Notes under the pieces: model-generated
Told to the model about the DNA's origin: nothing
Databases searched by the model: none
What the model saw: only the letters and a program-made list of their open reading frames with translations
Assembly (NCBI GenBank): GCA_028289325.1
Contig: JANQQN010000190.1
Location: forward strand, 2,275-66,274
Length of the DNA: 64,000 bases
DNA from: Myxococcota bacterium
GTDB taxonomy: Bacteria > Myxococcota > Kuafuiibacteriia > Kuafuiibacteriales > Kuafuiibacteriaceae
Direction: 5' to 3'
Shown: positions 48,254-57,118 of the stretch, piece after piece
Numbering within the stretch: position 1 is the first letter of the stretch
How the letters are laid out: every line of letters begins with the position of its first letter
Position numbers and translations under genes: made by a program

Positions 48254-48463
48254 AGCGAGTGCCTAAGCGGAATGCGAGGGCTTCGCGAACACGTGAATCC
48301 TGAGCATCGATCTTTGGCGTCGGTCATCGTCGCCTTGGCCATCTCTGGCGCTCGGCGCTAAAATGGGACTGATGGGTCGCCTCGCAGCTGCCTCCTGGCT
48401 GCGGAGCGACCCTTCCAGAATGTGCGCATCTGCCGGGCGACGGTTGCCAGCCTCGTCGGAAAG

Positions 48464-49735
48464 ATGAGCGCCGGGAGGAACCCGATGGATGCCACGATGA
48501 CCTTTGTGCTGGCGGGCGGGGAGGGACGCCGCCTCTATCCCCTGACCGCTGCTCGCGCCAAGCCTGCCGTCCACTTTGGGGCCCGCTACCGGCTTGTCGA
48601 CTTCGTGCTGTCGAACCTGTTGAACAGCGGCTTTCGGCGCATTCGTATCCTCACTCAGTACCGAGCAACCTCCCTCGTGGAGCACGTCGCGCGCTGGTGG
48701 CCGCTCGCTGCCAATATGGCGGACGAATACATCGAGGTCGTTCCTGCCAGCATGAACATCGGTCCGACCTGGTTTCGGGGCACCGCCGACGCGATCTGGC
48801 AGAACCTCGGCTTGTTGCGGGGCGCGCATGCCGACGACGTACTCATCTTTGGGGCCGACCACATCTACAAGATGGATATTCGCCTCATGCTCGACCATCA
48901 CCGCACGACGGGCGCGGACCTGACGGTCTCGACGGTATCAGTACCGCGCAGCACCGCTCGGGCTTTCGGTTGCGTCGCGGTCGACGGTCAAGGGTGGGTG
49001 CAGGGCTTCCTGGAGAAGCCTTCGGATCCCCCGGGGCTGCCCCAAGACCCCCAACGGACGCTCGTTTCGATGGGCAACTATATCTTCCGCACGTCGGCCC
49101 TGCTGGCGGAGCTTCGCCGCAACGCGGGCTCCGCCGGCACGACCCACGACTTCGGTCGCGACATCATGTCAAGCGCGCACGAGCGCCTGAAGGTCGCCGC
49201 CTACGATTTCAGCTCGCAGCTCTGCCCCGGAGAGAGCGAGCACGCCCGCGGCTACTGGCGCGACGTCGGGACGCTGGATTCGTTTCACGAAGCCAACATG
49301 GACCTGGTCTCGGTCGAGCCGCACCTCGACCTGTATAACGACCGCTGGCAGATCCGCGGCGCTCAACCGGCCGTCGGCCCGTGCAAGTTCGTATTCGCCG
49401 ATGACGAGGGCAATCGGGTCGGAACAGCGCTCGACTCGATCGTCGGCCTAGGGACCATCGTCTCCGGCGCGCATCTCGAGCGCACGGTCTGTTCTTCGCA
49501 GGTCCGTCTCAACAGCTATGCCGAGGTCGTGGACTCCGTACTTTTCCCGCGGGTGGAAGTCGGACGCAGAGCTCGCCTTCGCCGTTGCATTGTCGACAAG
49601 GGGGTTCGCATCCTGCCCGGCGACGTGATCGGCGAAGATCTCGAGCGCGACCGGGAGCGCTTCGCGGTGAGCGAGGGCGGCGTGGTCGTTGTCACGCGTG
49701 ATCATCTTGGTCAGCGAGACGAGTTCGACCTGTAG
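48464..49735 (+). CDS. glgC: glucose-1-phosphate adenylyltransferase
   Basis: Start set to ATG 48464. Motifs FVLAGGEGRRLYPLT..RAKPAV.FG..YRLVDF.LSN and a C-terminal left-handed beta-helix region. Confidence 0.9.
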   Translation: MSAGRNPMDATMTFVLAGGEGRRLYPLTAARAKPAVHFGARYRLVDFVLSNLLNSGFRRIRILTQYRATSLVEHVARWWPLAANMADEYIEVVPASMNIGPTWFRGTADAIWQNLGLLRGAHADDVLIFGADHIYKMDIRLMLDHHRTTGADLTVSTVSVPRSTARAFGCVAVDGQGWVQGFLEKPSDPPGLPQDPQRTLVSMGNYIFRTSALLAELRRNAGSAGTTHDFGRDIMSSAHERLKVAAYDFSSQLCPGESEHARGYWRDVGTLDSFHEANMDLVSVEPHLDLYNDRWQIRGAQPAVGPCKFVFADDEGNRVGTALDSIVGLGTIVSGAHLERTVCSSQVRLNSYAEVVDSVLFPRVEVGRRARLRRCIVDKGVRILPGDVIGEDLERDRERFAVSEGGVVVVTRDHLGQRDEFDL

Positions 49736-49870
49736 AGCCGGGTCGTGTTGTAGGGCGGGATAGTGTTTGCGACACGAGAAGGGCGGAGAGCCCATAGAAC
49801 TCCGCGCGTCATGTAGTTCTGCATCGACCTCATCGTCGAAGGCTGGCCTAGCGAAGCGACCCCGCCCACG

Positions 49871-50455
49871 TTATGGCACGCCGGCCGTCGACGAGGTCAG
49901 GCTTTTCATGACGTGGCCTTCGGTGATGATCGAGATGCCTTGCTGGGCGCTGGTGGAGATGACGAGTCCTTCGACGAGGGGGCGATTAGCCGGCGCGTCC
50001 GCTTCCCATTTCACGATGAAGTTGGCACCCGTGTCCGCCTGCGGGTCGTCAGGCGCGATAAAGAACTGCTTGGTCTCGAGAGGCCCGACAACCACCGCGT
50101 CGGATATGAACTCCTTGAGGCGATTCCCTTTTCTGCCGAAGTAGGTCACGGCGGTCAGGTAGATCGAGGTGTCGAGATTGATGTTATGAACGCTCACCGT
50201 GTTGCCGAGCGCGGTGTACAGCTTTCCGCCCTTGCGATGAAAAATCTGGGGGTAGACAGCGACATAGATCAGCTGACCCACTACGCTGGACGGGCGCGCG
50301 AAGGTTGACAGACGACGAATATCCAGCGGCGCCGGGTCCGTGACCGGAACGTGGCGTTCGGGTTCCGACGTCGCCGGCTCGGCGCAGCCGATGCCAAGGC
50401 CGGCGGCCAGCAACCACAGCCCACTGATGTGTGTGAGAAATCCTCGACTTGCCAT
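49871..50455 (-). CDS. DUF3124-like lipoprotein
   Basis: Start set to ATG 50455 (MASRGFLTHISGLWLLAAGLGIGC). Conserved-looking block YVAVYPQIF...VSVHNIN...FIVKWEA. Confidence 0.65.
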   Translation of the reverse strand: MASRGFLTHISGLWLLAAGLGIGCAEPATSEPERHVPVTDPAPLDIRRLSTFARPSSVVGQLIYVAVYPQIFHRKGGKLYTALGNTVSVHNINLDTSIYLTAVTYFGRKGNRLKEFISDAVVVGPLETKQFFIAPDDPQADTGANFIVKWEADAPANRPLVEGLVISTSAQQGISIITEGHVMKSLTSSTAGVP

Positions 50456-50575
50456 CGTCCACGACGACACCTGACTCGACTCGGCCGGCCAGTCAACACA
50501 TCGACTTTGCCCAACATGGGCCGCGCCGCCGCCGACACGGTTGCTGAGCGACGCGGAACCTAGATAATCGGCTTC

Positions 50576-52708
50576 ATGCATGGCGCCAGCTTTGTCGCCG
50601 ATTTTGCCCTGGTTCTTGCCGTCGCGGGGGTCACCGGCGTCGTGGCCCGGCGGTTCCGTCAGCCGACCATCCTTGCGTACCTTGTTGCGGGCTTCGTTGT
50701 CGGCCCGTACTTGCCCGTTCCCTTATTCGCAGACGCTGAGCGGGTCGAGGCGCTGGCGGAGTTCGGCGTTGTCTTGGTGATGTTCGCGATCGGCGTGGAG
50801 TTCAGCCTCGCCAAGCTGGTGCGTGTCCTACCGGTCAGCGGTCTCACGGGTATCATCCAGGTTGGTTTCTTGGCCTGGTGTGGATTTGCGGTCGCGACGA
50901 TGCTTGGATGGACGAAAGTCGAGTCCATCTTTCTGGCGTGCTCGCTTTCGATCTCGAGCACGATGATCGTGACCAGGGTGTTCGCTGAGCAGCCCGTCCC
51001 CGAAGACGTTCGGGCCAACGTGCTCGGCATTCTGGTCATTCAAGACGTTCTGGCCATCGTGATGATCGCGGCCCTGACCGGTGTCGCAGCCGGCAGCGGC
51101 CTGGCCCTCAATGCGCTCCTCATCGTGCTCGCGAAGCTGGCCGCGGTGCTCGTCGGGCTGTTGACCATCGGGCTGCTCATCGTTCCTCGGACGATTCGAT
51201 GGATCGATACGCTGCAGGCCGACGAGCCGCTCATCGTCTTCGTTATCGGTTTGTGTTTCAGCGTAGGGTACCTTGCGGAAGCCCTGGGCTACTCCGTCGC
51301 CTTGGGGGCCTTCGTCGCCGGAGTGCTGGTTGCAGAGTCGGACTGTGGCGAGCGAGTGGAGCACCTGATCGTGCCTCTGCGGGATATCTTCGGCGCCGTG
51401 TTCTTCGTTTCGGTCGGGATGAGCTTCGACCCTAGCTTGGTTCTCCCGTACCTTCCGACGGCCCTCGCTCTCACCGTCGTGGTGATCGTTGGCCACCTCG
51501 TCTCGGTCACTGCGGCCGGCGTATTGACGGGCGGGGGACTACGCAAATCTCTGTTCTCGGCGCTGTCGCTGGGCCAGATCGGGGAGTTCGCCTTCATCAT
51601 CGCGGCTCTGGGCATCGGTGCCGGCGTCGTTCACAAGAGTCTGCAGCCTATCTTGCTCATGGTGGCGGTCCTTACCGCGTTCACTACGCCGCTCATGATT
51701 CGCAGCGCCGCCACCGTGCTCCGATTCGTGGACCACCGGCTCCCTCGCCGCTTTCATCGATTGGTTGGTCTTTACGAACAGTGGTTCGCACGAGTGCGCA
51801 AAACGAGCTCGACGGGCGCCAATTCTGCGGGTCGAGCCGGTAAAGCGTTGCGCAACGTCGTTGTCGACGCCGCGGCGGCCGTCTTGCTCATCGCCATCAC
51901 CCTCTCGTGGTTCGAACAGCTCCACGCCGGGCTAAGCAAGTTGACGGGTTGGTCGGGGGAGCTGGTGAGCGCGACGATCTTCGGCGCATGCTTTGTCGGC
52001 GTGCTTCCTCTATTGTTCGGTCTTGCGCGGAGCGCTCTCACCCTCTCTGCGTCCGTCGCTGACCTGGTCGTCGAAGCCTCTCTCCCGGGTTCGTCGGGCC
52101 GTCGACTCGCACGACGTTTGGTGCGCTCAACCGTTCACATCGTCGTGACCCTGGCCGTCGGTATCCCGGCCGTGGCAGTACTGCGTCCCCAGTTGCCGGG
52201 GCCGTTTGGCCTGCCCATCGTTCTCGCCGTCGCAGCGGGCTTCGTCGTGGCTTTGATTCGCGACGCGCGCGGTCTGGAGCCGGAACTTCGATCGGGCGCC
52301 GAACGTATCGCGCGCGAGCTTGCAAGGCGCAGTAGGGCGGCGCCGGGCACGTCGTCAGGTGGCAAAGCCGCGTCGGCGCCCCCGCCGGCTGCGCCCGCAG
52401 CTACCAAGCGACCACTCGCATTTCCAGGCTTCGAGGCCGTGCGCCCGTGGAAGGTGCCCGCCGGTGCGCGCGCTGACGGAGCCACGTTGGCCGACATCGA
52501 TCTTCGCGCTGCCACCGGAGTCATCGTGCTCACGATTCAGCGCGGGAGCCAGCTCATCGCTCTGCCCACCGGCGTCGAGACTCTTCACGCCGGGGATGTT
52601 CTTGGACTCTGGGGGCCTCCCGCCGCCTTCGAGACCGCTCACGAGTTGTTGGACGGTACACCGCAGGAACCGGTCGACGGGTCCACAGCTCCCGACGTGA
52701 CTTCGTAG
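50576..52708 (+). CDS. CPA2-family cation/proton antiporter (Kef-like) with C-terminal TrkA-C domain
   Basis: 710 aa with about 12 or more TM segments. C-terminal TrkA-C-like block (ATLADIDLRAATGVIVLTIQRGSQLIALP...GDVLGLWG). Confidence 0.85.
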   Translation: MHGASFVADFALVLAVAGVTGVVARRFRQPTILAYLVAGFVVGPYLPVPLFADAERVEALAEFGVVLVMFAIGVEFSLAKLVRVLPVSGLTGIIQVGFLAWCGFAVATMLGWTKVESIFLACSLSISSTMIVTRVFAEQPVPEDVRANVLGILVIQDVLAIVMIAALTGVAAGSGLALNALLIVLAKLAAVLVGLLTIGLLIVPRTIRWIDTLQADEPLIVFVIGLCFSVGYLAEALGYSVALGAFVAGVLVAESDCGERVEHLIVPLRDIFGAVFFVSVGMSFDPSLVLPYLPTALALTVVVIVGHLVSVTAAGVLTGGGLRKSLFSALSLGQIGEFAFIIAALGIGAGVVHKSLQPILLMVAVLTAFTTPLMIRSAATVLRFVDHRLPRRFHRLVGLYEQWFARVRKTSSTGANSAGRAGKALRNVVVDAAAAVLLIAITLSWFEQLHAGLSKLTGWSGELVSATIFGACFVGVLPLLFGLARSALTLSASVADLVVEASLPGSSGRRLARRLVRSTVHIVVTLAVGIPAVAVLRPQLPGPFGLPIVLAVAAGFVVALIRDARGLEPELRSGAERIARELARRSRAAPGTSSGGKAASAPPPAAPAATKRPLAFPGFEAVRPWKVPAGARADGATLADIDLRAATGVIVLTIQRGSQLIALPTGVETLHAGDVLGLWGPPAAFETAHELLDGTPQEPVDGSTAPDVTS

Positions 52709-52810
52709 GGGCGGCACAGCGTTCGAGACTCTCCGCTTTGGCGCCCTGCCGGACCTGGAAGCTCGAGCTCTCGTCCTCGTATCGTTCCTCTTGACGCGCT
52801 CGGATAGTCC

Positions 52811-53752
52811 GTGCACCTGGACGCCGTGGAGACTTGGTTAGCCTCGCTGGGCATCACGGACTCGGTCATGGGGAAGCTCCTCGAGACCTTCTTCTTGCTC
52901 GGACTCCTTTATGCTGTGCGGGTGGCGGCCGTGCGGGCGCTGCGACAAGGCAACGGCCACGCGGAGACGCGACGGCGCTGGTTGGTGGGGATCCGCAACG
53001 CTAGCATCCTGATCTTTTTGTTTGCGACCGCCACGGTGTGGGCGGCGGAGCTAAGGACGTTTGCTCTGTCGTTGGTCGCTGTCGCCGCGGCGGTGGCGAT
53101 CGGCACCAAGGAGCTCATTCAGTGTCTGCTGGGCGGATTTTACCGAAGCTCGTCGCGTCTGTTCACTGTGGGCGACCGGATCGAGGTGGGATCTCACCGC
53201 GGCGACGTTATCGACATCACGCTCATGTCGACGACGATCCTCGAGGTCGGGCCGAAGACCGTTACCCATCAGCAGACGGGACGCGCGATCGTCATCCCGA
53301 ACTCCGACATTCTGAGCCATCCGGTGATCGTCGAAACGTACACCGACGACTTCGTGCTCCATACCTTCTCGGTTCCGGTGTCGCTGAAGAACGGCTGGTC
53401 GACGGCGCCCGAAGCGCTGCTTCGGGCCTGCGACGCCGAATGCGCTGAGTTCCTGCCGGATGCCCGTCGGCATTTCCAACAGCTCGGCCGGAAGAACGCG
53501 CTGGAAGTGCCGAGTCCCGAGCCGAGGGTGACGCTGCAGATCTCCAAGCCCGACGAGGTCGTGATGACGGCACGCATCCCGACGCCCGCGCGACGTAAGG
53601 GTCGGGTCGAGCAGCGGATCATCCAGCGCTTTCTGAAGGAATGGTTAGAGCCCCGATTCGCAGCGGCGGAGGCGCCTCCTTCTCCGCCGCCCGTGCCTTC
53701 TTCCCCGCCGCCTGTGCCTCCTTCCCCGCCGCCCGAACCCGCGTCGTCTTGA
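52811..53752 (+). CDS. mechanosensitive ion channel (MscS family) with Pro-rich C-terminal repeats
   Basis: GTG start and three TM segments. MscS beta-domain block FTVGDRIEVGSHRGDVIDITLMSTTILE. Confidence 0.8.
   Translation: MHLDAVETWLASLGITDSVMGKLLETFFLLGLLYAVRVAAVRALRQGNGHAETRRRWLVGIRNASILIFLFATATVWAAELRTFALSLVAVAAAVAIGTKELIQCLLGGFYRSSSRLFTVGDRIEVGSHRGDVIDITLMSTTILEVGPKTVTHQQTGRAIVIPNSDILSHPVIVETYTDDFVLHTFSVPVSLKNGWSTAPEALLRACDAECAEFLPDARRHFQQLGRKNALEVPSPEPRVTLQISKPDEVVMTARIPTPARRKGRVEQRIIQRFLKEWLEPRFAAAEAPPSPPPVPSSPPPVPPSPPPEPASS
53675..53737 (+). repeat. 3 x 21-nt imperfect tandem repeat inside the MscS gene
   Basis: Units are cctccttctccgccgcccgtg / ccttcttccccgccgcctgtg / cctccttccccgccgcccgaa, encoding PPSPPPV-PSSPPPV-PPSPPPE. 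Confidence 0.7.
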
Positions 53753-53796
53753 GCTTGGGCCCCAACATCTCCGCATCGGCTCGTGGCCGTCGCGTC

Positions 53797-54954
53797 CTAC
53801 CCTCGGAGGAGGCCGCCGATGCCGCCGAGCGCTTCCTCGATTACGGCCTGGCTCGTACTGCTGGCGAACACCAGGTTCACGGCATGTTGCGTCGCTAGTA
53901 TCGACAGAACATCCCCAAGCTCGACGCGGTCCGCCGACGCTGAATCCTCCGCGGACGGTGCCGTCACCGTCGATGCCTCGCTCACTGCGAGGTAGCCGGT
54001 CGTTGGATCCTGCCACAGCTCGGCCGACTTGCTGAGGGGCAAGAGCACCGTTTGGAGCCGGCCCTTCTGCCAAGCGCTGAGCGTGTCCCGCAGTCCTGTT
54101 ACGCCCGTCGCGCGGATCCGCTTGATGAGGTCTTGTTCGCGTCGATGCTTTAGTTCGCTCAGTGCATCCGCCAGCGCTTCCTGGAAGTGACCGGGGCTCG
54201 CGTCAGGATGGGTGACCCGAGCCCGCGTGATGCAGACGTTGGTCCGAACATCCGGAGGGAGCTGCTCCGCCACGCGGTCCGGTCCGTCGCCGGGCCCCGC
54301 GAGCACCGCGTGGTCCATCCGCTCGGCGAGAAGCACGTGCTCGAGCGCTCGCGCGGCGTCGGCGTAGAAGCGTCGCTCGGCCTCGTCGATGGACGCTCGC
54401 ATCATGGCGTTGCCTGGCCCACCGCGGTCCGCGATCCATAGCCCCCCCAACCCTTCGGCCGAGTGGTCGAGCGACGCGGCCGCGGCGAAAGATGGCGCAC
54501 GCGGTTGGGGTGCAAGCTCTTCTGCGTCGAGCGATGAGATTCGAAACAATCGCCACTGGTGGTGGTCGATGTACATCGCGACGAAGGTCTGGCCGCTCAC
54601 CGTCGCGTCGAGCAGCGGGGCGACGAAAGGCTCGCCCACCCGCACGAGTCCTGCACCGGATTGCGGGTGCGCGACGGCCATCAAGTTCGGCAGCGGTGTC
54701 ATCGCGAGTTGGCCCGTGCGCCGCTCGACAAAGATGGCGATCGCGGGCGTCGATGTCTGCGATTCGACGGCGGTCATGACCGCGTCTCGCGTATCGCGGT
54801 CCACGTCGGCGGCGTCGAGAGTACATTTGATATGAGTGAGAAGGTCCCTGTCGCCGTCCCGGCGCCGATCTTGGCCAGCGTATATGGACACGACCGGCGC
54901 CGTGAAGGCGCGCGCTCTTTCGACGGTCTGCTTGATTCTGTTTCTCTCGGTCAT
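53797..54954 (-). CDS. eRF1/Pelota-like (bacterial aeRF-type) protein
   Basis: Start set to ATG 54954. 385 aa, soluble. C-terminal GVTGLRDTLSAWQKGRLQTVLL resembles the G..v..AL..G.V..LL block of eRF1 domain 3. The central RGGPGN loop sits where GGQ would lie. Assignment is from memory and not searched. Confidence 0.4.
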   Translation of the reverse strand: MTERNRIKQTVERARAFTAPVVSIYAGQDRRRDGDRDLLTHIKCTLDAADVDRDTRDAVMTAVESQTSTPAIAIFVERRTGQLAMTPLPNLMAVAHPQSGAGLVRVGEPFVAPLLDATVSGQTFVAMYIDHHQWRLFRISSLDAEELAPQPRAPSFAAAASLDHSAEGLGGLWIADRGGPGNAMMRASIDEAERRFYADAARALEHVLLAERMDHAVLAGPGDGPDRVAEQLPPDVRTNVCITRARVTHPDASPGHFQEALADALSELKHRREQDLIKRIRATGVTGLRDTLSAWQKGRLQTVLLPLSKSAELWQDPTTGYLAVSEASTVTAPSAEDSASADRVELGDVLSILATQHAVNLVFASSTSQAVIEEALGGIGGLLRG

Positions 54955-55298
54955 GCTCGAGTGAGTGTCGCAACAACGATGCCAACGGGGAGTCCCGTAC
55001 CATGAGCTTCCGCGGCTTCGCGCAAAGTGCAGAACGACGGCCGTAGGAACCCCGGACCGGCCGCCGTGTGATCTCCGTCGGAAGCGTTCAATCCTGGTTG
55101 TACCGGTTAGCCACGCGTGGGGCACATTGACTCATCGCCGGACGCTCGTTGTTGCGCAGCGCGTCTGCGCCGTGGATAGCCGCTTCTTCGGTGACCCGCG
55201 TCGTGTCGGACCCGCCGGATCTGTGCCGGTGATGTACGTCTGAGGGCGCGTCGAAGTGGACTTCCTCTCTGGCACGCGACTTGAATATCTCGTTGGCC

Positions 55299-55580
55299 AT
55301 GAGCGAGAAACAGGAGTTGCAGAAACGATTCGACGCCGAGCGCAAGCACATCGAGGCGCTGATCGCCAACCTCGAGGCCAATGCGGAGGCGAAGAAGAAC
55401 GATACCGTCGACGCGGCCAAGGGCACCGTCGATGAGCTGCGAGGCAAGCTCGATGAAATGAAGAAAGCCGTGGCCGACGGCTGGGAAAGCGTGACCGAGG
55501 AGGGTGCGAGGCGCTTGAACGCTCTTCTCGAGCGGGTCAGGTCGTCTCAGAACGAAGAAGACGACCGCGACCGACGCTGA
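55299..55580 (+). CDS. 93-aa charged coiled-coil protein
   Basis: ATG 55299. Heptad-like Lys/Glu/Ala-rich sequence. No family assigned. Confidence 0.45.
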   Translation: MSEKQELQKRFDAERKHIEALIANLEANAEAKKNDTVDAAKGTVDELRGKLDEMKKAVADGWESVTEEGARRLNALLERVRSSQNEEDDRDRR

Positions 55581-55597
55581 CGCGGTGCTACCGGGAG

Positions 55598-55834
55598 ATG
55601 AGCGAAGAGGTTGGCCCGGTTGGTGCATCTCATAAGCCCATGAACGACACCGCGACCCACCCACCGAGCACACCACCGGACCGGAATCCTGCTGTCCCTG
55701 TCGAGCCGGAGATTCGGCCGCTAGAAGATCCGCCGACCGAGCCAGCGCCGCCGGTCCCGCCGCCTACGACACCGCCCGAGCCTCCGGTCATCGAGCCCCC
55801 TGTCCAGCCGACACCACCACCCGATGAGCACTGA
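55598..55834 (+). CDS. 78-aa acidic Pro-rich protein
   Basis: Sequence ...PPTEPAPPVPPPTTPPEPPVIEPPVQPTPPPDEH. Its last ~85 nt are conserved upstream of pfk in copy A, where the stop codon is lost. Confidence 0.35.
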   Translation: MSEEVGPVGASHKPMNDTATHPPSTPPDRNPAVPVEPEIRPLEDPPTEPAPPVPPPTTPPEPPVIEPPVQPTPPPDEH

Positions 55835-55845
55835 CAGACCCTTTC

Positions 55846-56941
55846 GTGTTCCCGGCGCGCCGTGGCCCAATACAACCGATGAACGAAGTACCGAACCTCG
55901 AAGTCCGTTCGCTTGGCGAGTGTCGATACGCGTCTCCCTACCGCAGCGATGCCGGGCATCGCTTCATCTCGGATGCTCAGAGGGTTCGACTCGAAGACGA
56001 AGTCGGACCGGACGCAACGGACTTGCACGACGCATTGCTGGAGAAGGCCGGTCCGCGCGCCCGCATCTTCTTCGAGCCTTCTCGCACGACGGCGGCGATA
56101 GTCACCTGCGGAGGTCTTTCTCCCGGCCTCAACAACGTGATTCGTTCCATCGTGTTGGAGCTTCGAGAGAACTACGGCGTCGGCCGCGTTGTCGGTGTAC
56201 GAGATGGCTTTCGAGGGCTGAACCCCAGCCAAGGGCGTCCGCTTCTGGAGCTGGACGGCTCTGAGGTCAAGACCATCCATCACTTGGGGGGAACGATTCT
56301 CGGGAGCTCGCGCGGCAGTCAGGATGTTTCGGTCATGGCGGACTTCATCCAGGATGCCGGTATCGACGTCCTGTTTTGTGTTGGCGGCGACGGCACGCAA
56401 CGCGGCGCCTGCGCGCTCAGTCAGGCGGTGCGGGCGCGAAATCGAGATACGGCCATCGTAGGTATACCCAAGACGATCGACAACGACATCCCCTACGTCT
56501 GGATGAGCTTCGGTTACGCAACGGCCGTGGAGATCGCGCGGCAAGTGGTGAGTGCCGCGTTCGTCGAAGCGGCCGGTGCCCCGAATGGTGTTGGCCTCGT
56601 CAGGCAACGTGCGGCACCAAGATATTGGCGTATTCCTCCGCCAGCGCATCGAAACTCATTTCGCTGCCCGGGGCATGGAGCTCAACCTCAAGTATATCGA
56701 TCCGAGCTACCTGATTCGCGGCGCGCCGGCCAACTCATGGGATCGCATTCTCAGCGATCGAATGGCTCGGATGGCCGTTCATGCGGCAATGGCGGGGAAG
56801 ACCGAGGTCTTGATCGGGTACCACCACGAGACCTTCGTCCACATTCCTATCCCTACTGCGGTCGCAAGTCGCCGTCGTATGAACCTTCGGAGCGACACGT
56901 GGTCCGCGGTGCTGGCCTGCACACGGCAGCCGCGATGGTGA
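55846..56941 (+). pseudogene. pfk: 6-phosphofructokinase pseudogene (227-nt internal deletion, frameshift)
   Basis: Co-linear with 43929..45251 (about 93% aa identity by eye) except that the equivalent of 44686-44912 is missing (junction 56602/56603). The length difference is 1323-1096 = 227 nt. The C-terminal part is readable only in the other frame (ORF 56552..56941). The MGRDAG region is lost. Confidence 0.85.
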
Positions 56942-57118
56942 TGTGGCCACCCATGGTCTTCGTTAGCATCACAGCCCGGAAGATGATCGACGTCCTGCGC
57001 GAACCCCTAGACATGGATTCCACGATTTACTTACCCCCCGATCCTTCGTAGCCTAAAATCCTTTGGGCTACGGTCATACTATAGCCGCGTCCGGCCGGAG
57101 TGAGGCGGCCAGACGTCC

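Noticed and set aside
53675-53737. Short tandem DNA repeats in Pro-rich regions (53675-53737, about 23100-23170, 55740-55830), considered as a possible CRISPR or minisatellite signal.
   Set aside because: They are in-frame, imperfect and contiguous with no spacers, and they encode PxxP-type low complexity inside ORFs. No CRISPR-like repeat-spacer architecture occurs anywhere in the window.
57047-57072. The hairpin cgtagcc-N12-ggctacg downstream of the pfk pseudogene, and the hairpin gcagcg-aat-cgctgc at about 43008-43022, considered as possible intrinsic terminators.
   Set aside because: No U-tract follows either stem and the first has a large loop. That is not enough to call terminators.
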